64,000 bases of DNA. Origin: Lama guanicoe (lineage: Eukaryota). Location: NCBI GenBank assembly GCA_013239625.1, contig MU056050.1:3892084-3956083 (forward strand), given 5' to 3'. Below are positions 1 through 13,297 of the stretch, one piece after another (positions within the stretch are counted from its first letter, which is position 1; every line of letters begins with the position of its first letter). The position numbers and the translations under genes were made by a program. Under the pieces are notes generated by a model, which worked only from the letters and a program-made list of their open reading frames with translations, was not told the DNA's origin and did no database searches.

Positions 1-1553
1 TTTGTAGTAATATGAAAACTCATCCTAAAATTAATATGGAATCTCAAGGGACCCCAAATCACCGAACAATCTTAAAAAAAAGCAGCACAAAGCTGGAGGG
101 GTTGTACTTCCTGATTTCAAAATTTACTACAAAGCTGTAGTCATAAAAATAGTGTGGTACTACATAAGGACAGACATATAGACCAATGAAGTAGAATGGA
201 GAGCCCCCAAATAAACTTTTGCATATATATTCAGAAGACTTTTGGTAAAGGTGATAAGACCATTCAATGGGGAAAGGAAAGTCTTTTCAACAAATGATCT
301 GGGAAAAATGGATATCCACAAGTAAAATAATGAAGTTGGAAATTTATCTAATACTATATACAAAAATTAACTCAAAATGGACCAAAGAAAGCCCTAAATG
401 TAAGACCTAAAAGTGTAAAACTCTTAGAAGAAAACATAGGGCAAAATCTTTGTGACATTGGCTTTGACAGTGATGTCTTGAATATGACACCAAGGGTACA
501 GATAACACACAAAAGAACAGATGAATTGAATTCATAAAAATTTAAAATATTTTTAGCATCAAAAGACAATAAAGTTAAAGGACAACCCCAGAGGAGGAGA
601 AATTACTTGAAAATTCTTTATCTAAGGGGTTAATATCCAGAATATATAGAGAAACTGAAAACTCAGTGACAGAAATACGGACAACCTGATTTAAAAATTG
701 GTGGACTTAAATAGACATTCCTCCATAGAAGATATACAGATGTCCAACGGGCACATGAAAAAATACTGAGTATCACTAGACATTAGGGAAATGCAAATCA
801 AAACTACACTTAGATACTACTTCAGACCCATTAGAATGGCTACTATGAAAAAAACAGAAAATAAATGTTGGTGAGGATGTGGAGAAATTGGAACCCTTGT
901 GCATTATTGATGTGAATGTAAAATGGTGCATCCACTATGGAAAACAGTATGGTGGTTTCCCCCAAAATGAATAATAGAACTACTGTATGATCCAGAAATT
1001 CTACTTCTCAGTAGAATATACATACACACACATATATATTATATATATATAAATAAAATATATTAATATATATAAAATTGAGAGCAGGATCCCACAGGAT
1101 ATTTGTACACCCTTGTTGATAGCAGCTTTATTCACCATAGCTTAAGTATGGAAGCCACCTAAGTGTACACTGACAGATAAGTAAAATGTAGTATGTACAT
1201 ACAATGGAATATTATTCATCCTTAGAAAGAAGAAAATTCTGACATACTCTACAGTAGGGATCAACCTTGAGATCATTATGCTAAATGAAATAAGCCAGCC
1301 ACAAAATGACAAACACTATATGACTTCATTTTTATGAGTTACTTGAAGTAATCCAAATCATAGAGACAGAAAGTAGAATGATAGTTGTTAGGGACTGGGG
1401 AGAGAGGAGAATGGAGAGTCATTGTTTAATGGGTATGGAATTTCAGTTTTACAAGACAAAAAGAATTAATAGAGATTGATGATGGTGATGGCTGTACATT
1501 ATGAGTTTATTTAATACACTCAACTGTACACCTAAAAATAGTTATTAAAAAAA
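1..1553 (+). mobile_element. Old LINE-1 (L1MA/L1MB-like): decayed ORF2 3' part plus 3' UTR and A-rich tail; truncated by window start
   Basis: Typical ORF2 3' motifs (GGGAAATGCAAATCAAAAC, TACAATGGAATATTATTCA), 3' UTR CAACTGTACACCTAAAAATAGTTA, and A run at ~1547-1553; frames disrupted. Confidence 0.92.
1016..1076. repeat. (TA)/(CA) low-complexity expansion inside the L1
   Basis: atatacatacacacacatatatattatatatatat visible directly. Confidence 0.8.
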
Positions 1554-2389
1554 TAGAAACCTACTTGTGTGGGAGGTTATATTTGTAATTCATGTAATTG
1601 TATACTTATGGTTTATGTACACGCATTGAATAATTTTCTCTGACTTCAAAACAAGGATAAGAGAATTAGTTTTACAATTGATGTATGATTTATTGCCATT
1701 AATAATAAAATAGGATTTTCATTTTTCCTGACATCTGAAGTGAGTATACTCACATTTTAAAATGTAACACAAAATGTTACAATAACTTGAATTCCTCAAT
1801 TGAAATACTATTTATTCTCATTTGTGAGAGCACTGTAATAGTGGCAGCACTTACGTGGCAATATAAAAAGATGACTTTTTCAAATATTTACATTAAAAGT
1901 TACATCTATTTGATTTAAAATATACTAGGAACTAGTCCATCATAGAAACACCCAATGAATTTTTCACTTATTCCACAGCATTTAGTAAGTGTACATAGTA
2001 TTGTTGAGCAATATTCTCTCTAAATGTTTGAACTTGTGAGCGGAGGATCATATTTTGTAATAAGAGTTTAAAAATCAGACTGTAAGAACAGGGTTGTTGA
2101 GTATAGTAATGAAACTTGCAACAAAGTTAAATTGACACCTTTAATGATATGCAAAATTATTAATGCATGCATGATAATTATTCAAAAATTTTATAGAAAG
2201 TGACAGTAATTTGCATTGCTTTCTCCTGATCAAATCACTTATTTCTAGAGTTGAGGCTATTGTTGGACACCTCTAATTATTTGAAGGTACTTTATCAAAT
2301 TAAGCCTTAAAGTTTCCATTGTAACTTTCATCTAATCATCCATGTCTATTTTCTGCAGTTACACAGACTCTGAGTCAAATTCCCACATA

Positions 2390-2690
2390 GCAGTTCTCAA
2401 ATATTTGAAGGTATCTATCTTTGCCTTATCTCACCTTCATGTTTTTCCTGTTCCAGGCAGAACAACTCAATTTCTCTCAATTGTTCATCATAGGATATGT
2501 TTTTCTAGCTCCTAAGAATCTTGATTGCATTCCTATGGCTATTTTGTGATCTTTTTTTTTTCTTCCCCGAAGAGATACAGTGCCCTAGATGTGGTATGAA
2601 AATTGGAAATGTTGATGTGATTATTTTATTCCTTGAGCTATATGATCTATTTCTTTGCATCCTCAGCTTGAATTACATATTTTTCCAAAT
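2390..2690 (-). mobile_element. Ancient CR1/L3 LINE fragment
   Basis: TTGAAGGTATCTATC...TTCCAGGCAGAACAACTC...CATAGGATATG resembles the reverse L3 consensus as recalled; very diverged. Confidence 0.45.
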
Positions 2691-2694
2691 AAAC

Positions 2695-5600
2695 TTTTTT
2701 CTGTGAGGCATTATTTAAACATAACAATATGTACCCATTTGAAGAGTACGTTTCTATAGGTTTTGACAAATTTATAAACCTGTGTTACTTCTACCATAAT
2801 AAAGATATAGCACATTTCAATCATGCCCGAAAGTTTCCCTGTACCCATTCCTATTCAATCCCTCTCCCACCCTAGGTTCAGGCAATCCTCGATCTGATTT
2901 GTGCCAGTAAATTTTTTTCCCTATTCTATATCATTATATAAATGAAATCATACATTATATATTCTCTTGGATATGCATTATTACATGCATTGCATTTAGT
3001 CTGCTCAGGCTGCCCGTAGTGAAATGCCACAGACTGGGTACCTTAAACAATCAAAATTTATTTTCTCACAGTTCAGGTGAAGTCCAAGCTTAAGGTGTTG
3101 GCTGGGTTGGTGTCTAGTGAGAGTTCTCTTCCTGGCTTTCAGACGGCCACCTTTTGCTGTGTCCTCACATGGACTTTCCTCAGTGTTTGCAGACAGAGAG
3201 GGAGACAGCTTTCTGGTATCTCTTCTTTTGAGGGCATTAATCCTATTGATAAGGCCCCACTCTTTATTACCTTATATATAATCTTAATTACTTCCTTAGA
3301 AGCCCTATCTCCAGATACCGTCACATTGGATGTTAGGGACTCAACATATGAATTTTAGGGGGACACAAACATTCAGTCCATAGCAAGCATAATGCTTTAC
3401 AGATTCATCCATGTTTTTGTGTGTTTCAGTAGTACATTCCTTTGTTAGTTCTGCATAATATTCCATTATGGAAATGCCATAATTGGTTTATCCATTCACC
3501 TGTTAATGAATATTTAGGTTATTTCCAGATTTGGGGCTATTATATATAAACCTGCTATAGAATTTATGTGCAAGTCTTGAATTTACTTTGTTTTTATTTC
3601 TTTGGGGCTAATATCTAGTAGCAGAATCGTTGGACTTAGAAAGTGGAAGTGTATGCTTTGAATCACAATAAACTGCCTAAATGAAAGTACCATTTTACAC
3701 CCGCATCAGGCATATGAGAGCTGAAGCTATTCCACATCATGAACACTTGATTTTGTCAGACTTTAGTTTTATAAATTTTAGTCAGTGTATAATGATATTA
3801 TATTGTGCTTTTAATTTGCATTTCTCTGATGACTAATGATATTGAATTTTTTTGTTTTAATATCTGTGAGATGATATCTTTTATTGTGCAGTGTCTGTTC
3901 AAATCATTTGCTTGTGTTTAATGAGGCTTTTCTTTCATTTATTTATTATTATATTGTGAAAGTTTTTTATACTCCTGATAGAAATTCTTCATCAGATATA
4001 TGCATTGTGAATATTTTTCCAAGTTCTGACCTGCTTTTTCATTTTCCAAATTGTAGCTTTCTAAAAGCAGACATTTTAAATTTTGTTGAAATCCAATTTA
4101 CTATTTTCCCTCTATAGTCTGTGGCATTTGTGCCCTATCTAATAAACCTCTGCCTAACTTAGGTTCACAAAAATTTTCTCCTCAGTTCTAGATATTTTAT
4201 AAATTACTTATACATTTAAGTTTATTATCCATTCCAAGTTTCCTTTTGGCTGTATAAGGTCATGATCAAGGTTGGTTTTTTTCCCATATGGACATCCAGT
4301 TATTCTGAAAATAGTTTTTGAAAAGCCTATGCTTTCCCCATTGATTTACTTGGCATTTTTATTGAAAATCAATTGACCATAATTGAGAGGATCTACTTCT
4401 GGACAGTTTATTCTGCTCAGTTGATCTGTATGTCTGTCTTTGCATCAATAGGTCATTTTTTTGATTTTTGTGGAACAATAGTAAGAAGCAGGTAGTATAA
4501 TTCCTCAACTTTTTTCCTTTGGTTTAAAAATTGTTTTGTCTCCTATGTCATTTGCATTTCAATATAAATTTTAACATCAACTTGTCAACTTCTATGAAAA
4601 AGACTCTTGGGATAGTGATTAGAACTGCATTGAATCTATAGATGAATTTAGGGAGAATTGGCATCTTAACACTGAGTTTTTCAGTCCATGAGCGTGGTAT
4701 ATCTCTACATTTATGTAGGTTTTCTTTGGTTTATCCTAGCAATATCTTACAGTTTTCAGTATACCATTGATCTTGAATCTGCACATCTTTTGTTAAATTG
4801 AAATGGCAGTCTGGTTTGTTCCTTTATTATGTTAATATGGAGAACTGCATTGATTAATATTCAAATGTTAATCAAAGTAGTATAAATCTACCTGGTCAGG
4901 GTAAGTGTTGTCTATTTAATATTATTTTCTATATTTGATTTGCTAATATTTTGTTAATGATCTTTAAGTCTGTGCTCATTAGGAGTATTGGTCTGTAGTT
5001 TTCTTATAATGTTGTTGCCTGGTTTTGGTGTAAAGGTAATATTGAACTCCCAAAATGAGTTGAAAACTGTTCTCTTATCCTTTAGTTTCTGGAAAAAAAA
5101 TTACAGTCTTGGTATTATTTCTTCCTTAAGCATTTTAAATAATTCACCTGTGAAGCCATCTGGTCATAGAGTTTTGTTTGTAAGAATGTTATAAATTACA
5201 AATTCAGTTTCATTGATAGACATAAGGATATTCATATTTTCTACTTTTTGTGTCAGTGTTAGTGATTTAAGTCTTTCAAGAAGTGTGTTTATTTCATCTA
5301 AGTTGTCAAATTTATTGTCATAAATTTTTATAATAGTCTTGTTATTATTTTAAATTCCATATGATTGATAATGGTGCCCTCTCTTTTATTTCAGATATTT
5401 CTAGTTTGAGTCTTTAATCTTGTTGATCAATTGGCTAGAGATTTTATTAATTTATGTTTTCAAAGAGCCAGCTTTTGGTTTCATTAATTTTCCTCTATTG
5501 TTTGTCCATTTTCTAATTCACTGATTACAATTCTTAAATTTATTTACCTCCTTCTCCTTCCTTAGGTTTAACTTGCTATTTTATTTAATTATTTTTAAGT

Positions 5601-5960
5601 TAAGAATTCTTACCCGCTTCCTGAGATGGCAGTTTAGACTACTGATTTTACACTTTAAAAAAATAGAAGCATTTAACACTGTAAGCTTCAAGCTAAGTAT
5701 TGTACTGTATGCATCCTACAGATTTTGATATGTTGTATTTTCATTTCCATTCTATTTAAAACTGTTTCTAATTTCCCTTGTGAATTCCTCTTTGACCCAT
5801 GGTTTATTTTAAAGCGTGTTTAACTTACAAATATTTCAAAAATTTCCAGGTATCTTTCTAGTACTAATTCCTAATTTAATGTTTCTGTGTTTAGCAAACA
5901 TATTGTGTAACTTGTGTTCAGATTTACTGCACTTTGCTGGTTTAGCATATGGTCTTTTGT
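2695..5960 (-). mobile_element. Old LINE-1 (L1MC/L1ME-like), 3' UTR through ORF2, interrupted by an MLT1A LTR
   Basis: Antisense L1 motifs: TTATCCATTCACC, TTTAATTTGCATTTCTCTGATGACTAATGAT, GCATTGAATCTATAGAT, AAAGAGCCAGCTTTTGG. Confidence 0.88.
2991..3385 (-). mobile_element. MaLR solo LTR, MLT1A/MLT1A0-like
   Basis: TG...CA termini; diagnostic CTGTGTCCTCACATGG and GGGGACACAAACATTCAGTCCATAGCA; 5-bp TSD TGCAT (2986-2990) / AGCAT (3386-3390). Confidence 0.9.
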
Positions 5961-5967
5961 TAAAAAA

Positions 5968-6295
5968 CTTTTACTTGAAATATAGTCAATAAACAATATT
6001 ATATGTTACAGGTGTACACTATAGTGAGTCAAAATTTTTTAAAAATTATACTTTATTTATACTTATTATTAAATATTGGCTGTATTCCCTGTGTTGTACA
6101 GTATATTCTTGTAGCTTATTTTATACCTAATAGTTTGTACCTCTTAATCCCTTGTCTGTATATCACTTTTCTCTCTCCCCTCTCTGTGCTGGTAACTACT
6201 AGTTTTTTCTCTGTATCAGTGAATCTGTTTCTTTTTGTTATATTCACTAGTTTGTTGTATTTTTAGATTCCAAATGTAAGTGATATCATATATGC
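5968..6295 (-). mobile_element. 5'-truncated lineage-specific L1 3' UTR
   Basis: AAATATTGGCTGTATTCCCTGTGTTGTACAG...TAGTTTGTACCTCTTAATCCC; same 3' UTR type as 21111-21266 and 58797-59025. Confidence 0.85.
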
Positions 6296-6304
6296 ATATC
6301 TAGC

Positions 6305-6597
6305 TACCTCATCTCCTTAGGTGCTTGTTCAAATGTACCTTCTCAGTGAAGCTTTCCTTATCTATGTTATTTAAATTTCGGCCGTCCACTCTTAACCCTG
6401 TCAACTGTTTCCTTTATTATTCTCTGACTTCCTACGTATTTTACATATATATGTGGTAATTGTGTCTCCCTCTTCCAGAATATAGTTCCATAAACATGAA
6501 GATTTTTGTTTGCTTAATTCTTAACTGCATTCTCATTGTTTAGAACAGTGCCTGACTTACAGTTGGTGCTCCATAAATATTTGTTGAGTAACTAAAT
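6305..6597 (+). mobile_element. L2 3' end
   Basis: TAGAACAGTGCCTGAC...GTGCTCCATAAATATTTGTTGAG matches the L2 3' terminus. Confidence 0.7.
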
Positions 6598-6699
6598 ATT
6601 GTCCTAGTGTTGCCTGATTTTCCTCTTTTTTCCCAAGAGAAAATAATCAGCAATTGCATGTAAATTTTCTGATTTATTGTACCATTTTCCCCCTGTATC

Positions 6700-7790
6700 T
6701 CCTTAAAAGAATATAATTTTACATACAGTAAAATTTGCCCTTTTAATTGTAAAGTTCTGAGAATGTACAAATGTATACAGTTGTGTAACCACCACCTTAG
6801 TCAACATAGGGCAGTTATATCATCCCCAGATTTTCCCTGTGTCCTTTCATAGTGTGTTCTGCCTTCACATCTCAAGGACCTGGTGATTAGTGTTTCTGTT
6901 TTTCTTTTTGTTTTTTACCTATAGTTTTGTCTTTCCAACAATGTCATATAAATGGAATCAAATAGTATGTAGCTTTTAGAGTCTGGCTTCTTTCATTTAG
7001 CATGACAAATCTGAGATATGTCTAGGTTATTGCATTTATTAGTAATTTCTTGCTTTTTATTGCTGAATCTTCTTCCATTCCATCGTATGGATGAACCACA
7101 GTTTGTTTATCCATTTCCCAGCTGAACAATATTTTTGCTGTTTTCATATTTTGATGATTACTAATAAACATTCATGTATAAATTAAAATTTTTTTTTATT
7201 TGTGTAAACACTTAGGAGTGAGGTTTATGGGTTATGTGGTAAGTTTATGTTTAACTATGTAAGAAGTTTCCACTTGGAAAAATATTTGCAGTCTATCCAA
7301 TGAATGTGAGTTCTAGTTGCTCCATATCCTTGTACTTGGTATTGTCAGTTTTCTTTTAAGCTGTTTCGATATGCTTGTGCTAAAGTCTTGTTGTAGTTTT
7401 CATTTACATTTCCTTAATGGTTAATAATGTTGAACATAATTTCATGTGTTTATTTTCCATCCAGATATCTTCTTTGGTGAAGTGTTTTTTCAAATCCCTT
7501 GTCCATTTTTTAATTGAGTTGTTGGTTTTTCTTTTATTGAATTTTGAGAGCTCTTTATAAATTCTGGCTACAAGTCTTCTATCATTTATTTTTTGAAGAG
7601 TAATTTCTCTTATTCTGATGCGTGTCTTCATTCTCCTAACAGTGACTTTTGAAGAGCACACATTTCTAATTTTGGTGAGTTTCAGTTTATCATTTTTTTC
7701 TTTTAAGGATTGAGCTTTGTTATATCTGAGAATCATTTGCCTAAGCCAAAGTTTATTCTCCAAGAAAATGAAAAATATAATTCTGTGTAC
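6700..7790 (-). mobile_element. Old LINE-1 3' region (L1MC/L1ME-like)
   Basis: ORF 7404-7823 (-) gives ORF2p-like RIYKEL...KKWTRDLKKHFTKEDI..NKHMK; L1 3' UTR motifs at 6940-7130. Confidence 0.85.
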
Positions 7791-10122
7791 CCAATTTACA
7801 TCTGTAACATTTTTCTCATACAAAACATGTAGATTTAAATATCATTCAGTAAAAGCATCAGTGACTACAAAGGTAGTAGAAATAATAGTTTCTGATATTG
7901 GTTATTTAGATACATGTTATACAGAGGAGAAAAGATTGTAACTACAATCAGGCAATAATTCTATTGTTCACATTCCTTACTACGGAGTTAATGACTAGCT
8001 TGAGGGGCCATGAAAAGCAGGTAGCCAGTGATGTTTAATGATCCAACAAGTCATTTAGTGCCTAAAAAGGAACCACAGTGTCAGGTATCATTGCCCTTAT
8101 GAATGTTCACTGCTACAAGGATAACATTTGAAGTTTATTTGTGCATACATTTCCAAGTTAATATAACTCATTCTGTTGGAAAAAATCAAAAAATGTTTCT
8201 GAGGCTCTGATCTGTCTGTTGGCATTTTTGTTCCTCACTGATAATAAACCAACCAGTTTCACTAGGATTAAAGTGTCATCTTTATAATTAAATTTTAGGC
8301 AACACAGCAAAATCAGTAATGAATCTGAGCTAGTAGAAACTCTACTTTCAAATGTTAAAGTACTAAAATTTAATTTTAAATATGTTCTAGAGATCTGAAA
8401 GATATATTTCATTTGGAAGGACAAATAATAAGAAGTTTAAAATGTAGACATGTCAAAGTAAAGAGTAATTAATCAGACAGAGATAGTCATCCAGTCAGAA
8501 TATATTAGTTCCTTCCCTTACCCACCCCTAAATTCTCAGATATCTTCTAGGAGAATGAAAGAGACCTCAGTTTAGACTAGATTTGGAAGTGGATCAAAAA
8601 AGATAGTCCAATATGTCTTGAATGTGACATGATGATAAATATTGTAGTTTATTGTTCCAAGAATGGGAAATTGTGATCTAAATTAGAATTTATAACCTGC
8701 TATATACATTAGATATCACCATTTATACATGAATATTGAAAAATGGCTAGATCAGGCAATAGACAAAAAACATTATTATAAACTGTATGCTTACTGGTCT
8801 CCTAAAAATTACATAAACCATTGATGTCATATTAATTGGCATGGGTGTATTCATTTTATATAGTTCTCATTTACTCTTATTTCCTTTTATTATTAAGATT
8901 CAGTCTGTTTAACAAAAACATCTATAATTTATTAATATTTATTTGAAAAGTGCAAGACAGATTTGGAGACAGATGGAGACAGAACTGTTCAAAGAAAACC
9001 ATCAGCAGAATACATAGTGGATGAGTATTAGCTGACAAGCCAAGACCACTCAAATTATTCACATCAAGGCAGGGAACAAAAGGGATAAAAGTTTTAATTC
9101 TTCTTTTACCAAAATTACCTGTAAATAATTTAGACATACTGGATTAAAATTTTAATATTCAACATTATTTTAAAAATAAAGATTAAAAAAGAATAGCGGG
9201 CTGAAATAATTCATTTTATCAAGGCATTACTGATCCAGTAAAATATTTAGATTTGTTATAAACCAAAATAGAGGTATCTCAGTGAGTAAAATATGAAACT
9301 ATGAAAAGTTAAAATCTTTAAATATTTAGATGGCAATCTAAATACAATTATGGATGAACAGATAACTTTAACAATTATGTGTTTTGAGTCCAATTGTTTA
9401 TTGGCACTCTGGTTATTTACATAGACAGTTTCTAATTGTATAGGTTTTATTATTCCAGGAGTGTTTTTTCTTAATATGAAGAAAGTAAGGCTCAGAAATG
9501 CTAAACAAATTGCTTACGTTCACATGGGCACATAGAATCAAAATTTGGTTTCAGATCTGTGTTATTTTTGTTGTTTCCACCATGCCGTATTATCCCTCTA
9601 CAGATGGCATGCTAGTGAGACACCACTTTAATTATCCCAGAAGTTTATTACTCAGAAATGTAGAGTATTTTATGTTGACAGTCAGGAGGAAAGCACAAAA
9701 TACATCTAAGACATCAATCTGTCCATGTAATAAGATACTTTTTATTTTATTCTCATGAAATTCCTTATGATTAGGATTTTGCTCATAGTCCCTCATCTAT
9801 TACTTTACACAGTATTCTAAGAAGCTTAGTGATAAGTTTTTCTAGTCCATAGAATGTTAAATGTAATATATTAAAAATTAGAGTGGGAATGCCATGGACA
9901 GACATGTTGGTATTAGCAAGAAGTGTCAGCTGATAGCAAGGAAGAAAATGGGAAAATGATAGACATAAGGATTTTAAAACCCCAGCAATCTGAGGTCATT
10001 TAATAGAAGGACAAACATCCTTAGATATCTTGATAGCTTCTAAATGCATCACTTTATTAAAGCACAGCATAAAACTGACACTTACATTGATGTTTCTGAG
10101 TCATTAAGGAAAAAGTGAAGAA

Positions 10123-10365
10123 AATAACAGCTCACATTTATTGAACACTTACTATGCCAAGTGCTTTTCTAAGCCTTTCTCCTTTATTGACTCATTTTGA
10201 CTTCACATACTTCTTCTTATATCTACACTCCTATTATTTTCACTTTACAGATGAGGAAAATGAACCTTAGAGGAGTTAGATAACTTTCTTGAGATTGTGT
10301 GGATATTAAGTGGCAGAATAAGGACTCAAGCTCAGTTTGGCTGCTCCCACAACAAACGCTCTTTA
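10123..10365 (-). mobile_element. MIR SINE
   Basis: CATTTATTGAACACTTACTATG and TTTACAGATGAGGAAAATGAA (MIR core, reverse). Confidence 0.8.
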
Positions 10366-10499
10366 TCCAATATGAGCAGGGGGATATACTGTCTCTTGTG
10401 TTTAGTATTTTATTTATTTTCAGAAGAGGGGGATATAATACATTTTTACAAGATTTTTATTTAAAATAATAGCTTAAAATAAAAATTTTCTGGAGTTTA

Positions 10500-10780
10500 A
10501 ATTCATTTATTTGGAGAAGACATCTTATTTATTTTAAGCATTTATTAAATTTCTACAGTGTTTCAGACATTGTGCCCTATAATATGGGATAAATTGGAGA
10601 AGAATAAGATACTGTCAAACCCCTTGGAGAACTTGTAAGTTTAGTCGAGGAAACAGGCATGTAGAGAAAGATACTGTGCTGTTTAATACGTTCACAGAGG
10701 AGGGCGTGCTTAACTCAGATTGGAAGGAAGGGAAACCTGAAGGTCAGAGAAGACTTCTCTGAGGCAGTGGACATCAGTCT
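10500..10780 (-). mobile_element. L2 3' fragment
   Basis: AAGCATTTATTAAATTTCTACAGTGTTTCAGACATTGTG...GTCAGAGAAGACTTCTCTGAGG. Confidence 0.6.
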
Positions 10781-10804
10781 CTGCAGTGCAGGAGAAATCA
10801 GGTC

Positions 10805-10805
<1 letters not shown>

Positions 10806-10848
<43 letters not shown>
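10806..10848. repeat. (TG)~21 microsatellite
   Basis: Perfect TG run seen directly. Confidence 0.97.
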
Positions 10849-10851
<3 letters not shown>

Positions 10852-11355
10852 TGTGCGTATGTCACTCTTACTATCTCTTTTCCTGAACCCTCACTACCAC
10901 TGCTAAATTGTCACTTTGGATACAGATCAGGGGCAAGGGTAAAGAAAAAATGCAAGGGCAGAGAAAGTTCTGAGGAGTGAAGAAGAGCACTAGGAGAAGT
11001 GGAGGCAAAGGAAGGGTAGGGTTGCTGTAAAAGTGTCTTCTTATGTAGAAGTTGGAGATTGAATTAATTACAAAGAGAATGAAAATGCTTAATACTTGTT
11101 TGTTGCTCACCTTAAGATAAAAATTGTTTTGTTCGTTTCTGTCTGTTTTTAGTATTTGGTAGTTTCTGAGAAAGTGACTGTCCTTCAACTAAGGAAAAAA
11201 AGTCTGAGTTCAAATGATTTGTTGCAATATTTATTCACTCCTGGCTGCCCCGCCCGCTGGCATTTCATGAAGCAATGTGGTCACATGAAGCACAGGGACT
11301 GACATTAATGCAGTGCTAGTGGGCACTGGGATCGAATCAGTCCCGATGCCTAGAA

Positions 11356-12500
11356 TGCTGTTAAGGGCTCTTTGGGTTCCAGAAACAGTAAACTCAACCT
11401 AGTGCAAGTCAAGGCTGGGAGTTGTGGGATGAGAAGAACCTAGGAAGAACCTAGGAAGGTTCCATGGTAACCCAGGAAAAGAGAACTGACCATATGACAG
11501 GAAGACTAGGAATTAAATTAGCTCCAGGGCTGGTGGTCTTCCCATTTCTATCTCTGTCTCTTGGAGGGTATCTCATCTCTCAGAGTCAGCATCAGTGTCT
11601 CTGTGTCCTGTGTCTATGCCTGTCTCTTTTGTGTCTTTGTCTCTCTGTCTCTGTCTCTTGCTGTGTGTCTGCCATTTTCTGTGTGGTCACTCTGTATATT
11701 TTTGCGTGAGAATGTGTTTTCCCTTTCTCTCTCTTTCTCTCCAGGTCTCTGTTCTTCTGTATATCACTCTGTGTTCCCCACCCTTTGTCTGTTTCTGTTG
11801 CTCACCCCTCTCATTTCTGTCTTCTATTTATCTCTCTCCCTCAGGCTCTCTGTCTCTTTCTTTCAGTCTATGTATCTCTTTCTGTTACTCTGTCTGTATC
11901 TGAGTGTCTCTCTGCTTCTCTGTGTGTCTCTGTTTCTCTGTATGTGCATCTCTCTGTGTATCTCTGAGTGTTCTCTGAGTCTGTTTTTCTCCAAATGTCT
12001 CTCTGGCTGTCTCTCTTTATGAGTATTTCTGTGAACCCCTCTCTGTATCTGTGTGGTTGCATCTCTCTCTGTCTCCCTGCCTCTGTCTCTCTCTGTCTCT
12101 GCCTCTCTCTCTCTCTGTCTGTCTCTCTCCACACACAAACACGCACACCTCTCTCTGTGTATCTCTGTCTCTTTCTCCCCTTGCTTATTTATAAAATGGC
12201 CCCAAATGGCTACTTCTTTTACTGAGATAAATACCAGAAAGATCAACTTTCTATAGCTAATTGCTTATTTCTGCTCTTAATTCATATTTCTCAAAAAAAG
12301 ATATCCTGATAAACTCATTTCATCTTCTTGAGACAATCCTTATCAGGCATACAGTTTTAGCCATCCTTTGGATAAACCATGTTTACTCTTGGCCCAATAA
12401 AGGAATGGTCATGGGGCACAACCATGTGTCACACTGACTATTTAGCAAGACTGTGGGAAAAAGTAGATTCCCTGTGAGGAAATTATGGGGCAGGTTTTCC
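11356..12500 (-). mobile_element. Ancient MaLR LTR (MLT1J/K/L-like) with an internal simple-repeat expansion
   Basis: Left end GGGCTCTTTGGGTTCCAGAAACAGTAAACTCAACC resembles the reverse complement of the LTR 3' end at 15655-15710; LTR-like sequence resumes after 12181 (AAAATGGCC...). Confidence 0.5.
11545..12181. repeat. ~640-bp degenerate (TC)n/(TCTG)n/(TG)n pyrimidine-rich tract
   Basis: A-poor plus strand made of TCTCTG/TCTGTG units; source of the cluster of L/S/C/V and R/E/T/D ORFs. Confidence 0.93.
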
Positions 12501-13227
12501 AAATTGCATGTAGTATCACATCAACTGAGAATCATTAACTTTATTTTATTGTTGAAGAAACTCATTCTCAAAAAGATTTAAAAAAGTTGGAGCAGGAATT
12601 GAATCATATCTGTCTGAATCCAATGGCCAAGTTCTTTCCACCAGATGATGCCTCTAAAATAAGTCATAAAACATTCTCAGTTTTTAACCCAGAAATTCCA
12701 CTGATAAGAAGTATTAATAAATAATTCATCTGAAGATACAAAGTTATTCCTTGGAGCATTGTGTACGTAATCCAAATGACTCCACATGCTCCAGGCTTCT
12801 CAAGTCAACCTTCCTCTTAATATCCAAATAAACATATTTGAATCCTTATCACATTCTTTGGGAAATAAAATTACCTCTCCAATATCATTGAGAATTTCCC
12901 TGAATGGTTATATCCCCACTCTATTTCCACATTTTCATTGAATTCTTTATTAGGATGACCAACTTTCCTGTTTCATATATTATTCTCCATTATAGATTTT
13001 TGAATTAATTTTTATTTTTAACAAAATATTGCACTAAAACATTATTTATTTTTGACTACTGAGTATTTTTGATTCCTTTAAATTTTGCACCCAGTAGAAT
13101 GTCTCATTCATGTCACTATAATCCCAGCTCTGATGACCATTTAGTTTTAGCCAGAGGAGCAGCAATGACAGAAAGAAGACTGTAATCAATGGCCACTTAA
13201 GTAAGAGATGCCTGTCTGTTCTTCCTT

Positions 13228-13238
13228 TTATCTATCTG

Positions 13239-13280
<42 letters not shown>

Positions 13281-13297
13281 ATCTATTTATCCATCAT
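13228..13297. repeat. (TCTA)n / GATA tetranucleotide microsatellite
   Basis: tatctatctgtctatctatctatc... about 10 perfect units plus degenerate flanks. Confidence 0.95.

Noticed and set aside
11432..11458. Short tandem duplications (GAAGAACCTAG x2; also ATTTAGGATC x2 near 28773)
   Set aside because: Ordinary slippage duplications inside old repeats.
11464..12256. Cluster of 60-153 aa ORFs on both strands
   Set aside because: They are translations of the TC/TG low-complexity tract, which rarely produces stop codons.
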